Below are positions 50,120-63,603 of a stretch of 64,000 nt of DNA, piece by piece. How positions within the stretch are numbered: position 1 is the stretch's first letter; each line of letters starts with the position of its first letter. Made by a program: the position numbers and the translations under genes. The notes below the pieces were generated by a model. The model did no database searches, was not told the origin of the DNA, and saw only the letters and a program-made list of their open reading frames with translations. The DNA comes from Tubulanus polymorphus (lineage: Eukaryota > Animalia > Nemertea): contig NC_134025.1 of assembly GCF_964204645.1 (NCBI RefSeq), positions 12,648,001 to 12,712,000 on the forward strand. The letters run 5' to 3'.

Positions 50120-52545
50120 TTAACATTTTAGCTTTTTCATGGTTTCAGCATGGTCATCATTTAATTTTCTCTTCCTTTTCTCAATTTCACCTATTCTCTG
50201 TCGATTGTCTTTCATTTCCTTCTCAAGTTTATCAAATTTATTGTGTGCCACCTCAATCATGCACTGTGCAACTTTGATTTGTGTAAGGTCCTTTTCCTTG
50301 ATAGCTTTGGCCAATTTTTCATTGCCTTCCATGAGTAGTTATTTATTTGTCGTCATTGATTCCATGGATGAATGATCAACTTCCAACAACTCTAATTTTC
50401 TAGTTTCAAGGATTTTTCTTGTATTTTCATATTCTGTCTCTACCTGCTTTGCCTCCTCGGCTCTTTTTCTATCTTCTAGAGCTTTCTTATTTGCCTTTTC
50501 AGCCATCTCTTTCTCTTTCTTAAGTCTCCCTGTATAGTTTTTATAAGACCGTCTACAGTATGATAGTAGCTCAGGTGATAATGTCATTTCACATGGCTTC
50601 CGTCCAGTGGTCTTTAATTTGTCCTTGATCATTCTCAAACCTGTAATTGCTTCAACTCCAAGACTTGCCCTTGAACCAGTAATGGTGCGTGAATTGGCAG
50701 AGAACCCTCTTTCAACCTCAGCACTACCATGAGATATAGTAAGGCATGCCATTACCAATTTGGGCAGGACAGTATATTTGCTATCACCAGAAGCAGTCTG
50801 GCGAACAAATATTTTCTCCCATGCTTTATCAATTCGTAACCTTATTCCATCTGAGTCTTTATACCAATCATCTTCAAGCAAGTCATTGCTATATATCTTC
50901 CATTCGTCTACAACTGTGGAGACTTGTGATGCAGGTATGATAGTCGGCAGATCAACCGCCAGAGCCTTAATTGACAACCCAAATCGATGAACAGACCGAC
51001 GTTCCGGTTGTAAACACCTCACGTTTCGTAGGAAATTATTTCCAAGGGGAAGTTCTGTTGGAGATATGATGCTATTTTAACATAGAATGCCCGAATGCCT
51101 TTTATTATCAGTTTTTGTTTCGAAGAATCTAGAACAGCAAGTTTATCCTTGGTGAGCTTACAAACCACTAAACAAGCATCAGAGAGCTGCTCACATTTTT
51201 CAATATCAGCAGCCAGCAACTTTGCTCCAGTCTTTTCTGGGAGAGAATCAGGCTTAATAAAGCGTAACAATATTTTATGCATTAACTCGCACATTTCTGT
51301 ATACAAAATGTGAATCATCGGTTCACGCTTTTGGAAAAGAGTTTCATACCGTTGAAACATATTACCGATATCTAGGATAAATTGTATCTTCACAGGAACA
51401 GTTACGTCGAGTAGTACCTTCTGTATTCGTTTACAACATGCAGATTGAGAATCATCATTCTTAGTATTCTTTTTGAGATCACCAAAATATGCCTTCAAAG
51501 CTGGAAACTGTTCGCTGATTCTACAGAGTGCTGGAATTAGTGTCAACCAACGCGAATCAACATGTTTGAGGAATGTATTTTCCTTTACACCAACCTTTCG
51601 CTGGAACACTGCATAATCTTGTCGCCTTGTGGCATACTTGAAGAATGTGTGTATATCTCCTGCAAACTCTTCTATGTCAGCGCCAAAAGATGCTAAGCCT
51701 TTTCTAAACGCATTATGAACCATATGGAGGCTGCATGATCCAACATCTATCATCTTTCCGCCCTTTTCTATTACTTTTGCTGACATCTTACGCCAAGTTG
51801 ATATATTTACATTTGGGCCATCACTACACAAAGCTATGATTTTCGATAAGTCAATGTTGAAGTCATTCATGGCACCGAGAAGCTCCCCGAGTACCATTTC
51901 AGCTGTTTTGTGACCCATCATTATCGTCTTAATGAATCGAGTTTCAATTTTCTTGGATATAGGTGAAAAATACCCCACATATATATCCAACTGGTTCAGT
52001 TTCTGCTTGTTTGGTGTTTCATCGTATGAAACACAATATCCAGTAGTACAATCCTGAATATCATTCATCAACTCATTTGTCAACTGTATTCTTATTCCAT
52101 CGCTTATCGTATAAGACACTTTCCCATTTGACAACGTCATTTTATTTATAACAGCTGGATCTTTGAAGATGCATCTGAAAGTTTCACACACATCGTTGCA
52201 TGACAAGAAGCTGTAGTCATTTACAGCCACATACATGGCCCATATTATTTCTGCCTTGAGTACCTTATCACTTAAGCTTTCACATTCTAAAGTGTTATCA
52301 ACCGGGAAAAGTTTTTTCTGATTTTTGTTCAGTTTTATCTTGCTATTATTTTGATGCATCATTTTTGAGGCATGTTGTATTAGTTGGCCTAAACCCTGGT
52401 TATCAATAGATAGTTTTTTTTCACATATAAAGCAATATGCCTTATAAATATCGCCTTTCACTGGTTGGCACCATTCATTTATTTTGTGTCCTTGTTTATC
52501 ATCTTCAATCAACCATGAATCCGAGAACTTGGTCCGGTTCGGCAT
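50120..52545 (-). pseudogene. hAT transposase (frameshift at ~51020, stop at 50339)
   Basis: AYCFICEK..H..H, KAEIIWA, YDET, SDGPNVN, DVGSCSLHMVHNAF, KHVDSRWL, SHGSAEVERGFS, C-terminal coiled coil. Confidence 0.9.
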
Positions 52546-53322
52546 TGTTCCTGTCTAAGGTTACAATATTTAAAGCAGTGGCAACAATCAAAGCAATCCA
52601 TAATTGCTTTCAGTATTGTCACTGCACACAGCTAGATCACAACAGAGCATCCCTGTGGTGATACTTGGCAATGTATACCTGAGGCGGACCCAAAAGAATT
52701 AGCATTATAATCAAGAAATGTTTGGATGAAAAGAGATTGACTTCTCGACCACCTCTGGTTTGTAACCCTCATATAGCCAAAGCCCAGTTGCACTGCAACA
52801 TGTGACATTTGGAACAAAATCATTGGGCATGTTAGGATATAAAGATTAGAAAAGAAGTTGTATAGCCAGAACTTACCGAACATGAATGCTGCAGGTTCTA
52901 CCAAACACTCAAAATGGTGTTTCACATCATATGAAAAGATATAAAGAACATTTTTGTCGATAAAAAGTCGTCGACGAGCTGGAAAATGAGAGAAAATAGG
53001 ACAAATAGGACTTTTTCATATAAAAATAGGACAAAATAGGACAAGCACTAAAAAATAGGAAAAAAATAGGAAAATAGGACCACTAGAAGCCCTGACAATG
53101 TCATCATACTTACACCGGAAGAATTCCTATCTAATCATCTATAAAAAAAAGTTTCACTGTTTGGTGAATGTTTTAAAGCTAAAGTGGTTACACAACATTG
53201 TAAAGTCATACACACTTAAAAATCATCTATGAACAGGTAACGCGCCTCATTGTGTAAGAAATATCTAATTTTAGGATTAATATGAACATGTATCATATCA
53301 TATTAAATCCTTATACGTGTAT

Positions 53323-56300
53323 TTAGTTTTCGCGAGGGTGCACACCGTAATCTTCTAATTTGAAAGCCTTATATTTGTATTCAATTTCCGCGTTCTTTCT
53401 CCCAGTTGTTGCCCGGCAAATTCTGAATGCTAACTCCATATCAATACCGAAATATCTTGACACAAGATAACAACTAGCTTCCATCTGCAAAGCTTTCATA
53501 AATGAATCGGAACTGAAAAAGATATATTGTGCACACCGGTTTATGCTATATAATTCCTGTCTGAATGATAATACATACTCACAAATCTATATAACACTTT
53601 TGGACCTAACCTGATACCTAGAGAATGAAATTTATGATTATTGCATGCAGGTATTGTGCCCTTTGAGTATGAATTATGACTTACCTTATCCAGTCTTTTA
53701 ATATATATGAAATGATCTTCTTATGCGCCATGAACGGTGCTCGGATGGGGGGATATTCTATACGCTTGCTGAAAAAAGATTTATTGATCGATTAACAAAA
53801 GTTATGGATGGCTAATAACTCTATCTGATTTCAAGAAAGTATTTTCATCATCATTCTTCATTTTCCCAAGTAACCAATGAAGATGTGCATTTGTTTTCAT
53901 GTACATTATTCTTAAAAACAATGATAATAACAATAGGTGTGCTAAATATAGGGCTATAAAAACCATACAACCTGAGGAAGCCGGAAATAATGGGGGAAAT
54001 TTGATGACCAAAGATGACTGACTGATTTAGCTAGTCTAACATAGAAGTGTAAGCGAACGTCTGTGTTAGACTGACTGAATTTTTGAGGAGTCGGCTTTCT
54101 CATTCGCTTACATTACACTTCTATGAGTCAAAGTAGAGAGATACTGGCTGGACTTCTAGGATCCTGGTAAGGTAACTGTCTAATGTGGAAAGTATGATTT
54201 TGAAGGACTTACGTTGGGTGAATAGACACTGGTTTATTAAATCCTCTTTGACTCCAGCCCAACAAAAAGGCTCCAACTCTGAGATCAATGACTCTTCCAC
54301 CATGACCTTTTGATGACAATGGATTACCTCTAAGATATTTCTCAATAATACTGCAATAGAATAAAAAAGTATACAGGTAAAACACATTCCCATACAAATA
54401 AGAAAAACTATGTGTGATACATCCACATACTTTCAAGCGAGAGTTAGTTACTCGAAAACTATTCAACATTTTCCACATAATTAATTGAACTTACAAACAT
54501 TAAAGAAATGTATCAATATCTTCAAAATTGAACTGGCCAGGATGTTCAGTCAACCCCTGATATAGTCAACCGCCCTCCCATATACCGCCACCCCGCCTAC
54601 CGCCAGGTTTTCTAAATTTACATCTCAATACAAATACATACCAGTAGTAAAATACCCCCGATACACCGCCATACTCTCTAAAATCGCCAAAATCATTCTG
54701 CACCGATTTGGGCGGTATATTGAAAGTTGACTGTACATAACATCACTATGAGTTTTAGACTTAATATTGGATTCTGTGTAAAAACAATCCGTCAAATGTT
54801 GTATATGTTAAGTAATTTGATCATCGATATGAACGATTCATGCCCCAACCAACTTACTTGTTCTTTTCTTCAGATAACAGTTGAGAAATGTAGGTGTTAA
54901 GGTCATTCAGCTAAAAAACATTAATGATTTTAGATCTTCTGTCATAACTTCTTTTAATTTCATAATCTTCATTTTACATGCATGTGTAACTATGTACTCA
55001 CTATTTCGCACTTGTTTGCAATCAGAAATTCATAAGTAACCATTCTTCCATCATCTTCCCGATTATTACCAGGAGCTTCTGGTTCAATCAACTGGTAACA
55101 GCGACCACAAATCATATACCACTTCATACTTAAAATCAATATTATAACAAATATTATAAAACCATGAAAAGATAGCCTTTTGGTTACTTAAAATCTCAAT
55201 AAGGCAAAGGTAAAAGAATTGGAGCCTTTGGATTTCAGAAACCAGCTAGTATTATTTGATATCTCAGGGTTACAATCATACCATATCTTAAGTTCATAGC
55301 AGCATACACATTTAGACTTTACTTCACTTATCATAGCAGCCTAATGAAGATAATGAATTTCATTTATTCATTTATAATTACTGATTGATAGCCACAAAGA
55401 AGAATCTAAATTCAAGATTGGATAATTATTCAAATCAGCAACCAGAAATTTAGGTTTTCATTAAAAGTAATACTATGGAAGTACATTTGTTACTCACCTG
55501 AAAAATGGATTCATGCTTTCCGATGACACATACTGGACAGATATAAGTGAAGTGAAAATCAAAATCTTTGGAATCCCCTCCTACGCATTCAGGGTGAATT
55601 GCCCAGTTACAATTCCGTCCATTACATACAATTACTTGGACTCTAGGAATGACAAAAAGATACTGGTACAAGAAGATCTTTCATATTAAACAATATCAGT
55701 AGCATGTAGATAGAAAATCCCACATGGGAAGAAAAGTCTGAAAGGTTTCCCTAAATTTGTTCAATCGACGTTTTGACTATAACCTGTGTAGGATTTTCTA
55801 TATATCATTACAACACAGAATAGCGATTCACCAATGGTTATCAGTAATATGGTTTCCATACCTTTCATTTTTGCAGAAGCAAAAAACCTTTTTATTCTTA
55901 TCGATCTCATCTAGATATTTCAATCTTGGCTGCACCTATAAGAATCAATAATATCAATTAGGAATCTAAGGTGACATTTAATTTAAGCGTCATTTGGTCA
56001 CTTAATTAGATAACCCTAGCAAATGAATATGTATTACATGTACTTTTTGAATGTGCTTGTACATACCTGAGCCTTTCTTTTGGAAGCAATATTTCTAACT
56101 GTACTCTGTAAAAAAATCACTAGTATAACAACATTACTATTTTTTCTGATTTCTAATTTTTTCAAAAGTGCATATTTAAAAAGGATTTTGCAGTATCAAA
56201 AATACTCCATAAAATGAAGAGAAATCTATAGATGTTAACACATTTCTACAAAGCATCAGCCGTGTCAGGTTCCCATAAAGCTATTTATTATCAAGCGCTG

Positions 56301-59300
56301 AAAAGAACATAAGCCTACATTATTAAAAGCAACTTACACTATGTTTTTTAAGCTTGGACTTGCAGGACGTGCAAACGAAATCAATTTTTTCTGCTTCCTC
56401 TTCACTTAATTCTCCTATTCCAATGCAGGAAGGATGATACCACGAAGAACATACATCACACGCAATGTAGAGACTAGAAATACATTTAAAGAAACAGAAA
56501 ATCTTGACAAGGGAACTTAAAACATATTATATAGTGACTGATGAAGGAATATGTTTATATACCTTCCAGTATCTGACTTTTTACATAAACAGTATATAGT
56601 ATTCTCAGGAGTATCGTTATCCTGCAGTAATTCAGAAAGTTTAGCACTTTTTCGTCTTTTCTTTTTTGCCTGAAAGATAACACATACCAGAATATTGGAA
56701 GAAAAGGCAAGTAATGAAATCCAATCCAATTGAATGTAGATGAAAAAGTATCAAATTAATTCCCAATGTATGAAAAATGCGAATTACGTAAAATGTCTAC
56801 ATAAAATGATATCAGAAAAGCAGCTCAACAATAATTCTGTGGTTCAGTTAGATAACAAAAGGTAAACTCAGCTCAGATCGACTGCATCAAATTATTGTAA
56901 GAAATAAATAAACCTGTTGACATGAACTTGTTCCAGCTACTGAACAAAAACTATCTCCCTGAGAAATTCCATCGTTGATTAACTGTGCTCTGTATGGAAT
57001 ATCATTTCATTTGCCTAAATCGATGCCATCAGTAGCGCTAAAAATTAAGTAAGAAAATCATAAACATTGTTCTAGCTTATAGAAATATACATCAAATACA
57101 GTGCATATGAATTTTCAATACTGCCCTATACATCAAACAACATGATGGTTATTAGAACTATCCTTAACTTTAAATCAATCCTACTAATAAAATTTCAATC
57201 CATTTACATTTTCATCTAGATTTTCATGTCCATTCTTATTTAAAGGTATTCAATGTAATGATACTTACTCTTCAAAAGGTATATCTTTGCTTGCTCCGAG
57301 TTCAGAAGATGGAAAATCCTCCTTTTCCAAAAATGCAGTGTCACAACCGAGGTGTGTGGACATGTCTTCTGAAGATACCTAGAAAGTGCGACCATTAAAA
57401 ATTACAGAAAGATGCTTAAGAGATAATGACTTATAACCATCAATTTGGTACAAGAGACTAAAAAGAGAGTTTTTGCCTCATGTGCTGTAAATTTAATGGT
57501 ATATGACGGCTTACTCCTTAGTCAAAAATCACTCAAATAGTCTGATAAAAACTTACTGGCAAAGGAACTGTAGTTGGTATAATTGCATAGATTGCACCAG
57601 TTAAACTTTGACTTCTCAGATATTCCAGGCCATCATCAATGTCAAGAGTCACTGGTTTATACACTCTTGAATCAATCAAATGGTAACTATCACGATTACA
57701 TTCTAGTACCAGCCAGTGGTCACTACTAGCCGCTTTTATTATCAGTCGTCTGCTTGAAAAGGGTGCACAGTCAATAAAGGCGGTGTCTAGTAATACCTTG
57801 ATATCATCTGGCGATTGAGTTTGCCTTATGCCGGACACAATGTTTAAGGTAATATATCCATGAAACTCTAAACACTCAGTCATTGTGTCCATAGCATAAA
57901 ATCCTTCTCTGTCACGAAGGGGTGTGATGCGGCAAGTAGGACCAATTGCTGGATTTACCAACTGTCGTATCCACATCTGATCAGCAATATTGTCCATATC
58001 TGAAATTGTGACACGAAAGCAGCTCGTTTCAGACCCAATAGCGTTATTAACAGCACACAGCCCACAATAATTTGACAATCCTTGACACTGCATATAATCC
58101 AGCTGTGGTGTCCTGACCGAGGTTACATGCGCCTGTCTTTGTGGTGATGCTGTTTTGCCAATTACTGTTGCAGCATAACTTAAATTGTCATGGACAGCTT
58201 GTAGGTCTTCAGTACTTAATGAATCGATGTCAATTGACGCAAATATGTTCTGGATATCAGCATTGATTTCTTCTAGAAATGAACGACATCTTTGTATTCG
58301 TGTGTTTCTGGAAACAACTGAATTCTCCGATCTAACAACTGTTGGAGCCGGTAAATCAGTTGCATGATCAACGCCTGTGGAGTCTGTAGCTGATGTTATA
58401 TCTGGCGAAGGAAAACAACTGTCAGTGCTGATAGATGGTAACGTTACTGATGTAGCACGCCCAAATCGGTCATAGTCTATATCACCGAGGTCTCGAATGA
58501 AGTTGTTACGCATTGATCTATTCAGAGTTTCATTACGCAGATGGCACATTAATCTATAGACAAACATATGAGTAGCAGGGTTCATATTGTTGAGAAAATG
58601 TAAATCTCTCTTTCGATGACTGAACTCCTGTTCATCTCTCTGAGAATCGATAAATCCTGCAACATTATCGAGAAGAGAAATTTTTCTCAAGACCTCTACC
58701 GAATTCTTGCAGTTATCTTGGTGGAACCAGTCATATAATAGGTAATGATTCGGCGTTCTTGTGACAGGATGGTCATTTTCCTCTACAGGAGCATTCAACA
58801 TATGATCAGGAGACAGGAAAGGTGCCTGAAATGTAATTGCACGACGACTTGCTAGTTCAATATTTTCAGCTGTTGCTTCAGCAAGGCGGCCAAGATAGGG
58901 TCGGTACATTTCCCCATATCTTGAATTCGCAAAATTAGCGATTAAATGTGCAATATCACACAACGACACAGTTGGGCGATGTTTTAAGCTCCTCTCTAGA
59001 TCAACGTAATCGCGTGGGCTTTCACCTCGAAAATGATTTTTAATGCAGTACGTTATCCCGTGTTCACAACAGCCTACAGCCCATCCACCTAAAAAAGGTT
59101 AATACTAAATATCAATAAAGATTTTAACTCATATTACATACCAAATATTTCAAATGATATATGACTTAGCTTAATTTTTAATTTCTAAATTAATATAAAT
59201 CCAATATTGAATGTTATGTTCTACCCACAATAAGATAGGACTACATTTGTAATACATACAATTAATATTCACGACTGATGGAGACAGAAAAACATTACCC

Positions 59301-62300
59301 AAAGAAGGAAAAGTGGGTCTCATTAAAACATTAAATCTATTAACTAATTCTTCCTCCATAAAGTTTTGAATAGAGTTTATAAAAGTATTCACTTTGAGTT
59401 TAGCAGAAATTTGTTATGAGTAACATCATTTTTTCAATAATACCTACCTAAATGACCGAAAATTTCTTCATATATTCCATCAAACTGCAACCTTGACATT
59501 GACATACTTCTCAATCGACAAATCATGTCAGCTGTTGAACCCATTGAGCTTACACCAGCTTTCTTACAAAATTTTCTGATTTCTTTAACCTTTTACAAGA
59601 TAGGAATACACATACAAGATAATGCAGCATGAGAATCTGTGTAACTATGTAAAACAAATAGAATAGCTACAATAGCCTCTGATGTGGGAAATGATAATGT
59701 ACATCATAATTACAAAACTCACTGTATACAAATTTAAAGATTTTAAAATGAAATTTAATACCGTACTAATACTCAAGAATCAAAAACAAATGACATAATG
59801 CTTTGGACTCTACAGGTGTGATGTTGGTTTTAGACAGACTCAAAAGATCTGAATATATACAATGTAGTGGGTTTTAAACTTATAATCTAGTATACCCTAT
59901 TGATCTGATCCATACCTTTTCATTTTTCAAAAGATGTTCAAGGGTTTCAGGAGGGATAGGCTCACCACCTTCACTGTTGACTTCAGTTGAACATTTCTCA
60001 AATTCGGTGTTTATCAGAATATTGGATTTTCTACTCCTTTCTCCAATCCAAGGACTCCAGCAATCAAAACTCGGTTTAACGATCGACTCTGGTAATAAAT
60101 TATCCAGACGATACAAATCACTTTTCAGGTATCAAATAAATCAACAGGGGGCATTCAAGTAGGAAAGTGTGAGCTCATTTCTAAATTTACAGTATCTACC
60201 TTTTAAGCAATCATGACCTCTGCTCAATAACTCTTTTTCAATACTACTCCAAAATCTCACGCAATCTACTTATTCATTTCGACTAATGGGAGGTAAAAGT
60301 TCTGAAACTGATAATATAAGAACATAATGAAATTGACATAAATTTATTGACTCCAGGCGGTTTCAGTTGTTATAATAAATACCTGAATAACGGAAACAAG
60401 CTTTCCGAAATGTATCCCATATCAGCACTGGGGGATAGATACCACAGGAAATACAATAAAAGGAATAATCATGATCGGTCAAAGACTCAAAATGTAGATA
60501 ACAATGCTGCAATGAGTTCAAAGGTATTGATTCTTCTTCTGGTATCAATGACGTCAGCGTTTTGATTGTCGACTGAATAGCTAAATGATTCTGTAAAAAA
60601 TTGTATAGTCAGAATCATAGATATGAGCACAATTTTTCATGTTTTAATAACAATTTATTTGGTTATTTATTTGGTTTATATGGTTATTTACATTCATATC
60701 ATCTCCCATTTGTCCAAGAATTTATAATTTGCAGTGAAGAGTTACCTGGAGACCTGCTCGAATAGTCTTGCACATTACGATTGACATAAATATCTGGTTG
60801 TTGAAATTGTGTATACCATCTTGCCATTCTTGGTATCGGTAACACATATCGCAGTTCACGCACCTTTTCGTGTAAACAGACACATCTGTAGAGAATATTA
60901 GAAAAATACAAACACGAAAGTTATGACAACAATAATCATCGTAGAAAGTTATTTAGAAATACATACGTAGGCTTAACTACCGGTAGTCTAAATGTTTAAT
61001 GAAAATTACTTTAGCTATGAGGTAATGCATTTTACCAATACAAATAATAATATTTCAGTTACAATAATAGATCAAGATTCTATGCAGTTGATGTCTTCTT
61101 ACCTTTGTGTACTCTCTGGATGTCAAATATTCTGGCAGTTTTCGTAGTCAATACAGATTCAAGTTGTGAATGGCAAATTGAACAAACCATTTCAGCGGGA
61201 ACAATTCCATTTTTTAGATTGAGATTCACTGCTACATCATCTGGAATGTCGGCAGGAATCCGCTTCTGCTGAATGACGTAGTCAAATTCTTTTAATTTCC
61301 GTGATTTATCAGTATCTATTTCCACGGGCTCAGGAGGACATCCTGCAGTTATTTCGATCGGCATTGTGGCCTCATGTTGGGCCATATACCACTGGCAGCA
61401 AACTTTATGGCAGCAGAACCTTCGTCCCTTAGAACACCTACACCGATACGATTTCCGCACACGATCAAAAATCACTACCGTGCGACCTAACAGCGAATAA
61501 TAATGTGTCTCTTTTGTGTAAACAGAAAAATAGATATATCTTTCAGATGGATCCGTAATTTGAGAAACTAGTGGTGAATCATTTTCAATAGCCATGTTGA
61601 AAAGTGATTCGATTTGGGGGGTGTGTTCGGATTTAAATATCTTCTTCTGCTCAAGCTGATTGAGATAGTCTAGATCTAGGGGATTACTGCACAAGGGCTC
61701 AGCAAAATCAAGAGATTTTACATGAGCACACTCGAATATATGATTCCCCGATAACGCGGCAGCTTGTTTCACATCGCGACATTTTTTAACTTCGCATGTA
61801 ATTTCGGGGTTACTGGTTGTTTTTTTATCACATGGATTGGTTTCGAATGGCCATGCATAGATTCAAAAACTGCAAATATACTGTGTCGCTGATCTACACA
61901 TACGGCTCGATGATGATGAGCAGATGAAATCATTTTCGGCGCAGCAATTCCTGATTTTGAACAAATTCTAATATGCTGTGCAAGCCACCGTTTGCTGAAG
62001 TTTTTCGAACAATGGGGACATCGGTTCCCAGCACAATCATTTCCTTTCTTCTTTTTAACTGCAATTGTTTTTTCACGACTTTTGGCAAGATGACATTTGA
62101 GCATATGTGACGATATTCTGCCTCTGTAATGGGCAACATGCTCACAAGAATCACAATGATAGTGTGATCTTGTAATACAATTGTGTGAGCAGAGAACACT
62201 GTACCTAAAAATTATGAAAAAAAATCCAATTTCAAAATGGAGTGCACGAGGGGATCCAGGTTCTTATTATGACTACCCGCAAATAGGTTTTTTTGGGGAT

Positions 62301-63000
62301 ATTTCTCTTAAAAATTTGAACACATTTCAATTGCTAAAACGTCTGTTTTTACTCGTTTGAATAAGAGAAAAGAAACTCAATCTTTATTTTAAAAACTAGC
62401 CTAAATCAATTTGAACAATATGTCTCCAGTCCATATGCCTACCATTTATAGGCCTACATTGGTTTCAAATCATCAACAATTATTGTTCGTACGCACGGCA
62501 GCATGGAACATATTGTTTAAAATTTAAATGTGTCCGATTTTTTGTCAGTAGGGGAAAATGAAGACGCTTAGCAATCCTTAGTAAAATTATAGGCCTGACG
62601 ATGAACCTCATCATCGGATCGATCACGCTAATAAAAATTTGAGGCCATCTTATTCAAGTATCATTCAACGTCTTCAATCAAACACAGACATTTCTATCTT
62701 ACCTGTTATTAACAGTTAACGGTTAACATTATTTGAATTTAATGATGATGAAGATGATAATGATGCTATACCGGGTACCGGTACTTTTGATGACCAATGC
62801 ACTTTTCGTACATGATTTATCACATTCAACTTTTTTTTTCCAACATATCTTACGTTAGAACATAACGGACAGTGGTAACGGTGGTTCAATGGCTTGTCTT
62901 GGCAACATGACATAGAGCAAAGCTCTATTTTAGCCAGTATTTCGTCCACGTTTTCGAAGAACGTCTCCATTTGTTGTGTGGTTACCAAGGAAGCGGCCAT
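53323..63000 (-). CDS. Multi-exon HMGXB3-like KDZ/Zisupton transposase: C2H2 fingers - SWIM - CxC - transposase core with SAP - Josephin - PHD - PHD (at least one frameshift, ~61800)
   Basis: Exon1 HCPLC..H..H; SHYHCDSC; CRCSKGRRFCCHK (SWIM); FYCISCGIYPPVLIWD; VKEIRKFCKKAGVSSMGS..DMICRL (SAP); GGWAVGCCEHG...RGESPRDYVDL..SLKHRPTVSLCD, FHQDN and SQRDEQ as in HMGXB3/Zisupton. Linkage of exons below ~55400 is inferred. Confidence 0.8.
54547..54733. mobile_element. CAGTCAAC-type MITE in an intron of the KDZ gene
   Basis: CAGTCAACCCCTGATATA ... TATATTGAAAGTTGACTG|TA. Confidence 0.7.
55497..56670 (-). other. Two PHD fingers encoded across exons
   Basis: IYCLCKKSDTG|SLYIACDVCSSWYHPSCIGI...DFVCTSC, and CFC..|VIVCNGRNCNWAIHPECV...YICPVC (both C4HC3). 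Confidence 0.8.
57575..58105 (-). other. Josephin (MJD/ataxin-3-like) deubiquitinase domain inside the transposase ORF
   Basis: YMQCQGLSNYCGLCAVNN, DMDNIADQM, DREGFYAMDTMTECLEFHG, DHWLVL and YHLIDS..KP correspond in order to ataxin-3 FHEKQEGSLCAQHCLNN, ELSSIAHQL, DDSGFFSIQVISNALKVWG, EHWFTV and WFNLNS..GP. Confidence 0.8.
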
Positions 63001-63318
63001 TTTTGCATCATGTGACTAATCAATTGCTGTGGGGAACACAGGCTCTACGGGGAACCATCTATCAGCCACATAGGAAGTGCGTATGCTATTGCACTTACAA
63101 CTGTCGTGGTGTTATGCGCCAAGTGGGAATATCGTGCCAAGTAAGAATTATCGGCGGAAGTACATGCCAGAGTAAGAATCAAAATGCAAACAACATCCTA
63201 TACTGAAACGTTGGCAATAGTAGGAGGCGCCACGGATACTTGCGCCAAGTTGGAATAACTTTTTCGACAAGTTTCGACTCAGCGATTTAACAGTTTTTTT
63301 CAGTTTTCAACATACAAT

Positions 63319-63514
63319 ATGATGTTCTTAGGTTCTACTGCTTGGGCATATTCTAAGAGGCCTTCAAAATACACTCGTGGTCTTGCTAATTATGGGCAGT
63401 CTTGTTATATGAACAGCGTTATTCAATCGGTTAAGTGTGTAGCAGAACATTTCAAACTGTTCTCTAAAAAGTCCGCAGAAAGCCAGAATTCAATGGAGCT
63501 TTTCAATAGATGTC
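63319..63514 (+). CDS. First exon of a USP/UCH (peptidase C19) deubiquitinase-like gene
   Basis: RGLANYGQSCYMNSVIQ matches the USP Cys box GLxNxGNxCYMNSxxQ; donor GTAAGT at 63515; the rest is not visible in the window. Confidence 0.75.
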
Positions 63515-63603
63515 GTAAGTATATATAAAGCCCATTTTGAAGGCTTTAAAGAATGGAAGTGGATATTTTGCCAACAATGCAGCATTATTTTAGTAAACCA
63601 AGT

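Larger units (their letters stand above)
49307..53094 (-). mobile_element. hAT transposon with 6-bp TSD
   Basis: Termini CAGGGGTTCCAGTG / CACTAGAAGCCCTG; AATAGGA subterminal repeats at both ends; ACAATG at 49301-49306 and 53095-53100. Confidence 0.85.

Noticed and set aside
48500-53320. Terminus/TSD of the KDZ element
   Set aside because: No end could be identified by eye, and the partner end would lie outside the window.
62590-62635. CTGACGA-stem hammerhead candidate
   Set aside because: The GAAA core is absent (GATCAC) and the stem is weak.
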